From the NCBI GenBank assembly GCA_030141605.1, contig JAQGDQ010000004.1, forward strand, positions 806,001 through 870,000: 64,000 bases of DNA, written 5' to 3'. Below, piece after piece: positions 18,101 through 27,910 of this stretch; positions within the stretch are counted from its first letter, which is position 1; each line of letters opens with the position of its first letter. Position numbers and translations under genes: made by a program. A model generated the notes under the pieces. The model did not search any database. It was not told the origin of the DNA and was given only the letters and a program-made list of their open reading frames with translations. This DNA is from Tubiluchus corallicola (lineage: Eukaryota; Animalia; Priapulida).

Positions 18101-21100
18101 TAAGAGCATACCACAGAGTACAAAACAGGTATCAAAATAGTATTTAAGATAAGATTTGTCAGTTGGTGCCAACACATCTCGACTTACTCTAATTGAGCAA
18201 CATTTCTTACCTGGCATGTGGACAGGCAGATGTATATATACCATAACTGTTATGTAGATATATCTACAGCATTTTGTTATTTTGGGAATCATAATTTATG
18301 GCTGCTACAGCTCTGTTTCAGTTTGGAGTATCTTTGCATGCTTGTCATTACTGGTTGATGCGATTTTAGTGCATCGGTTGCTTCAAAATCAAAATTTTGA
18401 GCTATGGCCTGAATATTAGATGTGTTTCACTGTACTTTTTTAAATTTCTATTTTTACTGAATAATGAATCAAAACTTAAATTTTTAGTGTGACTGAGCAA
18501 ATAGAGTATGTGGCCCGTTTGCAAAGTGCATATAAATTATCCTAATAAATTGCAATCAGCAGAATGCGTATCCAATTATGCGTATTGTACCCGAACATAG
18601 CATATGAAAGAATAAGAAACTGCTTCTGTTAAGAGCATGTGTGTTCTTTTGTGTGTGCTGTTAATAGTTTTTTCTATTCAATTTAGCCATCGATAAATAA
18701 ATGTTCATATTGGGTGTATATTTGAGGTTTAGATTTGTAACAAATATTAAGTAACGAATTTAGATTTAAAATTGTACAGTTAGATGCGTCTTAATTAAAA
18801 TATGGCAAAATCACGGCTTAGGGCAAATAATGATATTTAAACGTTTTTGACCACTGAAATAAAATGGTAATTTTAACTGTTTGGCAATCTTTCACACTTA
18901 ACTCCTATGTGGAATAACTTCTACTCTATGGGTCGGGCACAACACATGTACGTTGTGGAGCTGTATCTGAAAATAGCTCTTAAATAAGCAGCTGGCAAGC
19001 CACGTGCTGTATGCTGCCAGCCATTTTCCCGCTACTGGCGTTACTCAGATTAGGTGAAGCACCTCCTGCGGAAAAACTGATTCATAAAATTCTTCCACGC
19101 TTCGTTTGCATATCTGTGAGTAATGCACTGTGTATATGTGGCATGCTTGCTGTACGTAGTGCGAGGCGTCGAATAAGTTATTATTGTGCGAGTATGTAAA
19201 TGTGCTACTACTTTGCCTGGCAAACATGCATACATACAGCAGGACCTGTGAGTGCGGGAAAACAGCGGCGGCAGCAGATCAATTATTAGCAGTGAGTGTA
19301 GTGGAATCATCTCGGGTCATTCAACCCGCCATTGCTCGGTCGCCATCTTGTCCAGGCTGTGTGTGTGCGAGGAGGCAGAGAAATGCTTTCACGTATCTTT
19401 TGATAACAAACATTGAGTTGATATAAAGATTATGTTATGACTATCGTACAAGTTTGTGTAGTGTTAGTAGTCGATTGCAATGATAAATGTCACTGCGGGC
19501 GTTAGCGTTGCTTTTGAAATTACTGTGCGTTATAGTTGCCACGACGTGCAACACGTTGTGTGTGAGGTGACTGACTATTGTTTGAGCGCGAGAAAGTAAA
19601 AGTTTTACGTGCTATTTACACAAGCGTATTTTAAATAAGAATTCTTAGTACATGTGTTAGTATGATGATTCGTATTACCGTATCGAAGACATTCAATGTA
19701 GATAATAATTATGTACCTTTAAATTTATGATTCTTGTTTCGCGCATTTCGTGCCTGGTGTTTTTAAAATTTTACATTTGTTCTTGTTTTTAATACTGTAA
19801 ATAATATAAAACGTTAGCTTGCCAAAAATTAAAATTTGTTTTGCGTCAACATTTTTTGGTGATCTCAGTAATGTGTTTTTGTAAGTTAGTTAAGTCTAGT
19901 TTCTTACTAAACAAATATAGCCTTTCTCTTAAATTACAGGCCATTGTGTTGCCACAACAAATCTTACATTTCATTTTTTATATCATTTCTTATGCTGAAT
20001 GCAATGCGCTGCTTATTGAATTTTGAAAGAAGGTTTGCATTTGTTACTTATTAGCAAACGATTTATTCGAAAATTTATTATAGCAGGAATGGCAGATAGA
20101 GATAGATAATAGAAATTGAAACGGTGAGAGAAGAGAGAGGGGGAGAGAGAATTGCATTTCATGTTAGTAATCTTTGTTTTTTTTTGTTATTTCAGTAAGT
20201 AGGATTATTGCAGTTTATTTTAACATAACTGTTTACTGTTGTGATAATAGCCTAATGTGTAGCTAGTCAATTTAGTTCACCTTTGGCCAATGATTTTGGC
20301 AATGAAGGGAATTGCTCTTATTATGGGTCAGAGTGTTTGTAGAAGTAATGGCATTCAAATTGGTCCTAAATGAGCTAAGATTCAATACGTATTTTAAATA
20401 TTTTACAGATTACAGCTTTAATATTAGGTAATCAAACAGTGCCAGTAATGGAAAGATGTTTTAGCAGTATATTTCAATGTTCCTATTTTTTAAGTTCGCG
20501 GTTAAATAAATACACTGAAGTGAAAACATGAGAGCATAATTGTAATTTTTGTTTTTATTTGCACTTGTTGACAAATGTTGTTGTAACAAAAATTATGCAA
20601 AACGTTACAATTAACCTTGGTCAACAATTTTCAGACTAAAGACAAATTTTCGCCTCTGCCTGTTCGTTAGAATTGTGTGAAGTAAAATAACTGAACAGAA
20701 TACAATTTGGATAAAGCAACTTAAATTGTTGCAAGCTAAAACAGTAGACAGTTGGTGGTGGCCTTTAACTTGTTCGTTATCAGACATAAATTTGCAAAAG
20801 TTAGCATTTTAAACTTTGAAAGTTCATTGCCCAATGAATATGAGTACTATCATTTGCATTAATGTCATTGATCATTTAATTTACGTCTTGACAAGCCACC
20901 TAAGTACAGTACTAGCTAACATACTGGTTGTAAAAACATTTGCTTCATATTCTAGGTCGATTTTTTTATGTTTCAAACTTTGTTTCATCATTTGTTCCTG
21001 AAGTGTGTACCCATTAAAGGTTTTCCATATACTGTACCTGATTAGTTTTGAAAGAGGCCCTATGTGTGAATCACTGCTTGAACCTTATTGCTAATTCTGT

Positions 21101-23108
21101 AATGTGTTATGACTGAACTTTCTGTGAACCTGGCAGCACCCTGCATTTGTTCATCTTGATTTCAAAGTGTGGCATTTCAGAACACTAAACATGCCCTTGC
21201 TGTGAACAGTATTACTTTAAATTTCTCTTGAATTAAAAACTGTATTTGTACATCAGACATTAATAGCAAAATTTGGTAAAGGTAAACTTGCGTTAGCCTA
21301 AATCTTGGAGACGAATTTAAAAAGGCACCAGCTGCCTACTGGACAATGACTGAATTAATTGATGTGTTATGTAACCTGTGCAATGTGATATTAATTATTG
21401 TTGATTTTTAAGAGGGACTTTGTCTCGCTGCTCTAAAGTTATTTTTACTAGTAGCAAATTAGTGATTATTTGAGTATATGACATAGAGAACTTGAAAGTT
21501 AGTTGTGCAAAATTGCAAATTGGTAAAATAGTTTTGTGCATTCCAAAAAATGTAATTCTAATGCTCATATCAATGCAGTCATGTTCAAATAGTTTTAACA
21601 CAGTGTTTTTTATTGTTTATTCAAATAACTTTAACACAGTGTTTTTAAGATTTAATGCTACATTTTAAATAGCAAAATACATTACCGTATTGAACTTACT
21701 GTTAATTGTCTTGTTGGCAAATTTGAATTTACTGTTTGGCAAGTCAGAAAACTGTGGAAGTAAACATTAATTGGCAAACAATTTAAAATGGCTTTGGTAA
21801 CTGCTAAAATGTATGTACCAAATGGTTAGCAGCGAAATATTTTCTTTTGTAGGCCAATTGACGAATATCTATTTTTTCACAGCTATGTTAGAAAGCTGAA
21901 ATTCAAATTGTAATTTTTGTATAGTGGTGAAATTTTTTACGAATCGAGTTTATTGCACTTTTCCACATATTTTTTGATGGTAAATTAATAATGGTATTAA
22001 TTGGCTTTTTATAAGAAACGCTTCCATTTGCATTGACCGATTACAATCGATCGTTAATATTTTTCACTAGTCAGTTAGCTATCCTATTTATTAAATATAT
22101 ATATTATTATTCATTCACACTTATCATTTCCAGCTTTCTGATCCCACTTTTATACTTGCTTTCGCAAAAGAATTTTGGCGAAGCAGACATTCAAATGAGT
22201 TTTTAAATGACCTCGCTGTGTCTGGTTGTGTATTTAAATAATAAAGATACATTATTAAATTTTTCTACTTTATTCTGGATTTAGGCGGACACCTGGCGTG
22301 CTTTGTGGTTGGCACGTGTGTGGATAAAGCTTGCTTGTTGCATTCAATGGGCTTAGACTATACGGCTGGTTGGATTCTGCAGGTATTGTGTTAGGCGACT
22401 CAGTCATAAATCTCTGTGTTTGGGCTTTCTTGCATCAGTCGTGTGCAAAGTATGAGTCAAAGATATGTTCTAGTCTGTCACCTGCTAAACGGCAGTCACT
22501 TTCGCAGCTGCATTGAAGTTAATGTCTTGCAACTTGAGATTGTAATATAAAGCTTTGACGTAAGTATAATTTCAATTTGGAGGTAATTGTACAGGAAGGA
22601 ATGCGAAGGAATACTTTGTAATTAAAAAGGTACTAATTTTGCCATTTTTCCGTGCTTAAAATAGGTTTTTAATACTGCATGGGAAGGTGGGAGGACAGTT
22701 TTCCTTCACTCACTTGGCATCATCTCATTTGTGCATTAACATGCGCTGCAATCTAGGAGAAAGAGAAGATTTAGCAGGTGTTCTTGCCAAAAATTAGATG
22801 ATGATGTCTTGTTCATACCAGTTGTAACCACTGTAAAGCTGCCCATTCTTCTCTTGTGCCTGCTCAAATTTATGGCTTGGTATGTTAAATAATTAAGAAT
22901 TACTTGTGTAGATTAAATTGAATTTTTTCTCATTACATCTAAGCTAGCATTTTCATTAGGTTTCAACTGAAGCAAAACAATACCGATACCAGCAGTGATG
23001 GCCCGATCACACTAAAACCTAATTCAATCCCCGATTCCCATTGTTTTCAACAGCTCCAATTTTCGGTTAGGCTATTTACGTTCCACAAGCAATCGATCAA
23101 GTCTTATA

Positions 23109-23171
23109 TACTATAGCCGAGGAGTTTAATACTGTAATATTGTCCCAGTATTAAACTACTCGGCTATAGTA
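23109..23171. repeat. Near-perfect inverted repeat (26-bp stem, 11-nt loop)
   Basis: TACTATAGCCGAGgAGTTTAATACTG-taatattgtcc-CAGTATTAAACTaCTCGGCTATAGTA; one mismatch, TA at both ends. Confidence 0.9.
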
Positions 23172-23571
23172 CTGTTAAATAAGGGTGATTTTCTTTGCCA
23201 TTTTATACGTCAAACTTTGTAGTTACTGCTTTGCAAATCTTTGATGATGTTAGGAAAACTATTAACTGTGGTGTGACTATCATGTAAATGTAGTTTTTAC
23301 GCAAACATTTAGTTTTTTTAACGTTAAAATGCTGTATCTAGACTCGTGTATTACGCAGTTTGTTGTTGTCTAATATGCTCTTATAACAAAGGTTTGCTGG
23401 ATTGCTTAACTATTGCAAATACGGATGCTTTTTTGTCTAAACTGGAGGGTTCTTTAAACAGCATTATGTAGATGTGGCAGCTTTTGTGCATTTTCAGCTA
23501 CTTACTTTTGCTGAAAAACTTATGTTTGCTTAATAGAAAGTCTTTGCCCTGTAGAATATCCCTACATTGCA

Positions 23572-23636
23572 TGCTGTGGAAGGATGTGGATTGCGAGATT
23601 CATTACAAACCATCTCGCTAATTTACGTTCACAGTA
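23572..23636 (+). ncRNA. Candidate microRNA hairpin, divergent miR-71 paralogue
   Basis: Shares the 5' flank ATTGCATGCT and loop/3' segment TACAAACCATCTC with the adjacent miR-71. The 5' arm is 15/23 identical to miR-71-5p and still pairs with its own 3' arm. Confidence 0.55.
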
Positions 23637-23666
23637 GATAACACGAGCATTGAAGCATTGAATTGC

Positions 23667-23739
23667 ATGCTCTGAAAGACATGGGTAGTGAGATGTACCT
23701 TGTACAAACCATCTCACTAACATGTCTTTCAAAAACATG
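23667..23739 (+). ncRNA. mir-71: pre-miR-71 (mature 5p about 23673-23695)
   Basis: TGAAAGACATGGGTAGTGAGATG is the canonical miR-71-5p; the complementary arm CATCTCACTAACATGTCTTTCA follows a 14-nt loop. Confidence 0.97.
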
Positions 23740-23894
23740 GATTTCTGTTACTTCGATAGTGAGCTGCTGATAAAGACATTGGTGCTAACTTGTGATTCTT
23801 GTAGGATTGTAAAGATTTGACTAACGGAAATAATGCATCTGTTGTACATTCATTGCATTGCTGTCGTTAAGGTAACCACCAAGCTTAATCAGTG

Positions 23895-24030
23895 GATTTA
23901 GTCCTGTAATGTAGATCTTATGTTCTGGAGCCACATGTGCACTTGACGGATGGATGAATCAGTCCAGCAAAGTAAATCTGCTGCTCTGGAGCGACGTATG
24001 CACTTGAAGGTAGGCCAAACGGATGAATCC
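23895..24030. repeat. Diverged tandem duplication of about 60 bp inside the microRNA cluster
   Basis: AGTCC...GTA.ATCT...TG.TCTGGAGC.AC.T.TGCACTTGA.GG occurs twice, each followed by GGATGAATC. Confidence 0.75.
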
Positions 24031-24070
24031 ATTTGAGCAAACCAACTGTTGTAGATACATGAACGTCATT

Positions 24071-24140
24071 ACACATTTGCGTCAAAGTGGCTGTGAAATG
24101 TTGAGTTAGTCATATCACAGCCAGCTTTGATGAATCTGTG
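24071..24140 (+). ncRNA. mir-2: pre-miR-2 copy 1 (mature 3p about 24113-24135)
   Basis: TATCACAGCCAGCTTTGATGAAT with 5' arm CGTCAAAGTGGCTGTGAAATG. Confidence 0.96.
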
Positions 24141-24214
24141 TTGACATGGATGACATCAGGGAAGAGCAGAAAAAAGAAGTGGAAGCGGGTAAAAGGAGAA
24201 AAAGAAATGACTGC

Positions 24215-24286
24215 AGGAATGCTAGTCAAAGTGCTTGTGATGTGGTGACATCTGGCATATCACAGCCAGCTTTGATAAGTGATCCT
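24215..24286 (+). ncRNA. mir-2: pre-miR-2 copy 2 (mature 3p about 24258-24280)
   Basis: TATCACAGCCAGCTTTGATAAGT with 5' arm GCTAGTCAAAGTGCTTGTGATGTG. Confidence 0.95.
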
Positions 24287-24435
24287 CCTTCAGGTACAAC
24301 ATCTGTAACAAAATGTTTGGTATGAATTGTAGTTTACGACTAATGTAAGCCAACTTTGATAAGTGGTCCTAGTTCAGGTACAACATCTGTAACAAAATGA
24401 TGCTTGGTATGATGTGTAGTTCACAATTGATGTAA
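24264..24435. repeat. 84-bp tandem duplication starting inside mature miR-2 copy 2
   Basis: AGCCA[G/A]CTTTGATAAGTG.TCCT..TTCAGGTACAACATCTGTAACAAAATG at 24264 and 24348. Confidence 0.9.
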
Positions 24436-25279
24436 CTCTCACATCTCAAGAAACTGTTGCATCATCGGCAAATTTCACGTTCATATATTTGAAGTACCAT
24501 GAAACCACTTTTTGTTAGCTTTTAGGCATACTTTTAAATTTGCCTTTGGAAAAAGCCATGATCCCAATATCTATTATTGTTAGTGCAAATAGGTGTAAAT
24601 GCATAGTTCTGTCGTCTTAGTCTTTTTAATAATTCATGTTCACTTATAGTCGACTAATTATTGATTTGAAAATGAATAATGTAAATGTGTTGCTAACTTA
24701 TCACCATGGTTATTGGTTAGTACTGCTTTCTTTGCTTAAAACTGTTCCACTTCTTAATTTAGTTGTTTATTTCTCTATAAACATTTTTGGCTGTAAATAA
24801 TAGGGGCAAGAGGTGTAGTTGAGTAACTTGATGGTGTAAGGAACTCGGCAATCAAAGTAAATTAATGCCTGGAAAAACTGCTTTAGGATTGAATCTTTCA
24901 TTCTGCTTCTAGCCATTTTCCTACCAATATGCATCCTATTGTGCCTGAGACATCGTGCCTTCAGTGTTTTAAGGTTTGCCTTAAAAATGAGGTTGGTGTT
25001 GCTTTCTACTCAACAATCTATATTTAGTAGACAATATTGTTGAATGTGAATTCCAGTGGACTGAGTATGTATAAAAAAAATTCTGGCATTTTATTTGTAT
25101 AAAAATAACAAAGTTGTATTTCATTTGTTATATGCTTATTTAAATGTCGAGGTAAAGGTCTTGCAGCTTGCAGGAGTGTAGTGATTGTTTAGTTTTGGCA
25201 TTTTGTGAACAGAGTAGCTGTTGGTGTTTTTGTGGTGCAAATTTAGCAATTTTTCTACTAGAAATGGTGACCGACAGCA

Positions 25280-25945
25280 AAAAAAGAATCCTGTAGAACA
25301 TTAATTTTCTATAGTAATTTGACAACATTACATAGCCTTTCTAGCCTATTTTTTCTTATACGCCTACTTGTTCTGCCTTATCTGTATTTAACAGTAACAT
25401 CATTTAAGTCATTTTTTAAAATATCCCATACGACACTATTTTTAGTTCTCAGCAGTTATGCTGTCGGTATAAGCTTTATTGTTGTAAAGTACGGTGGTTA
25501 GTACGCACATGCTTCATGGCTGATAAATAATTGCGTGCAACTGCATCATAAGCAGTGACTACAACAGACCTTTTAAGAAAACAATCTGTGTAAAAAATAT
25601 CGAAATATTAACTGCATACATTTTAGTCAAATACGTTAGTATTTTGTCTATTTTTTATATATTTGCGAATAGTTTATTTTGTGTACGAGTAAGCGGAATC
25701 ATTCGAACTAGCGCATGCCATAGAGAATGTCATTAACATAGCAACGACCTAGTAATAACAGTCGAATAAAAGCTTTTCATAATCTGGTGTTTAGATGCTT
25801 TTTAGGCAATTAGATTAAATTAAACTACAATGTACATAAACATAACTTTGGTAAACATGGCATAGCTTTCGTCGATTCGGGGAAAGATACAAAGTTCCAT
25901 TAATACGGAAATGTAGTAAACATCGCAAGTTTCGTTTACCGGCCT
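25280..25945 (+). mobile_element. Interspersed repeat copy A (homologous to 32197-32775)
   Basis: Collinear shared blocks: AGAATCCT, AATTTGACAACA.TACATAGC, TTCTGCCT.ATCTGTA.TTAACAGTAA, AAGTCATTTT, GTTATG.TGTCGGTA, AATACGG, AAACAT.GCAAGTTT.GTTT. Confidence 0.75.
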
Positions 25946-26124
25946 ACTCAGTCAGTATAATATTTAGTTAGTTTATTTTTTCTTTTCAGATCATGGAATT
26001 TTGGAGTCCAACTTTTACAACAGAGGATGGAGCTGGCGTATGCTCGTTCTAAAAATCTCGAGCGTTGCTTATATGCATACATAAGGAACCTAAAGAAAAA
26101 ACAATATTATATTTTCACATTGTA

Positions 26125-26188
26125 CTGCTCTCAAAGTGGCTGATGGTTTGTTGTTTAAAGTCATATCACAGCCAGCTTTGAAGAGTAG
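26125..26188 (+). ncRNA. mir-2: pre-miR-2 copy 3 (mature 3p about 26164-26186)
   Basis: TATCACAGCCAGCTTTGAAGAGT with 5' arm CTGCTCTCAAAGTGGCTGATGGTTTG. Confidence 0.94.
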
Positions 26189-27125
26189 AAAAATGTTAAT
26201 TTTCTTCTACGACTCCTTGAAGGAAGCAACTTTTTCCTTTTATTATGGATATTTTAATTTAGTCTATTTAAAATCAGTTAATTTCTAGCATATTTACTGC
26301 CAGCAAAGCTTGATTGCTAAGCTTAGATAGACATTTGTTTGAGGTTTCATACTAGACACTGCTGAAATAGTGTGTGCGTGTCCACTGTCATAGAGAAAAC
26401 AAATTGTTCGCTAGCAATAATGTCAAACTGAAGTGTAGTTAGGTAGCCATATTCTCTAAACAATTAGAAGTATACATGTTTAGTTGGGAGAAAAAAGCTT
26501 GACCGTAAAGTGACAGGCTTTGCAGCATTAAAGGGAGTCAGTGTTATTATACTATATTAGCGAAAAATATTTTGAGAATTTTGAGGCTGCATTGCTTTAA
26601 ACATTCAAATTGAAGATTCTATTTTTGTTGTTTACGCCAAACTGCGCAAATGAACAACATGATTGAATTGTTTTCTTTCTGCATTTTTTCATCGCATATG
26701 TAATTTTTGCAATTTTTTGCAGATTATGCTAAAAAGTTAACTTGGTTACAGCTAAAACTATGATGCAGAGCCATGTGTGTTTGCAAAAGCAGACTTGAAA
26801 ACTAAAGCTAAGGTGCAGTGCTGCACGTGTGGTTGAAAAAGCAGGTGTAAAAGTGTTATGTTCATTATTTGCATCTTATGAGGCTTATTACAAGCTTTCA
26901 TAACTTTAAACTGAATGTTTCCCTTTGGATAAAGCACAAAATATTAAACTTTCAGAAACTTTTTCTTTGCTGGTGCTACTAATGATTAAGCTAAACATAC
27001 TGCCAAATTTCGGTAGTCATCAGGAGTAAAAATTGTCAACTGCAGTGTTTTAGAAAATTGCTGCTGTTATCAGCTGCTGATAGACTTTTTAGACAAATCC
27101 ACATTCACTAATAAAGAGGAGTGTT

Positions 27126-27190
27126 GCACCCATTGAAGTGGCTGTGATTTGTTTGTTACGCTCATATCACAGCCAGCTTTGATGTCTGTC
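27126..27190 (+). ncRNA. mir-2: pre-miR-2 copy 4 (mature 3p about 27165-27187)
   Basis: TATCACAGCCAGCTTTGATGTCT with 5' arm CATTGAAGTGGCTGTGATTTG. Confidence 0.94.
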
Positions 27191-27891
27191 TCACTTTACT
27201 GTGTCTACGGGCTGTAAGTTATATGCAAAATATTGTACCTGATAAAAATACAATTTTAACCCTGTGCAATGCTTAGTTTGAAGCCTCTAGTTTGACTAAA
27301 ATTGAACCTTCTATATTTGATAAATGGAATGATTTGCATAGAATTGGCATAGTTGGTACGTAAAGTAGTCTACAAATTACTTTTTTCATATTATTGTAAT
27401 AATGTGAAGTTTGAACATGGTTGGAATGCAAGTTAATCTAGTTGTCTAATAATCTCTGGCTAATTTTACTTCAGTATTTTTGGAAATTAGGTACTTGTGA
27501 ATAGTGTATTATTGCTCCGTTAAAAACTTCGTGAACATCTTTAGAAATTAGTTATTTTGGTTTTTAAGCGTAATGGTTGTGAAAAAATTAAAATGTTGTA
27601 TGAAGTTTATACATGTACTATAATGTTAAATGGTTCTTGTAAAGTGAACATTGTGTAATATGCATACGTTTTGCAGCTTTAATATTTTTTTGAGTGTAGT
27701 GCTATAAAACAGATAGTATTTTAGCGATAGCACTTTTCATTGCAGTTTATTTATGCCAGATACTGTTATTTGCTTTTAGTCAACGAGGAATGATAACAAC
27801 GCAAAATAAATAATTGTGTTTTTATTGAAATTTGGCCTGCTCATGTAAAATTTGTTTTTGCATATTGTTTATTGTATTTATTTTATTTATA

Positions 27892-27910
27892 CCGGCACTA
27901 GATGGCGCTA
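27892..27910 (+). promoter_or_regulatory. CTCF-like binding motif
   Basis: CCGGCACTAGATGGCGCTA, an isolated GC-rich match to the CTCF consensus in very AT-rich flanks. Confidence 0.6.

Noticed and set aside
19011-19426. Four overlapping ORFs as a protein-coding gene
   Set aside because: No recognisable domain or coherent splice structure; expected in a GC-richer regulatory patch.
23770-23790. Third miR-71-like sequence ATAAAGACATTGGTGCTAAC
   Set aside because: Shares AAAGACAT but has no complementary arm downstream.
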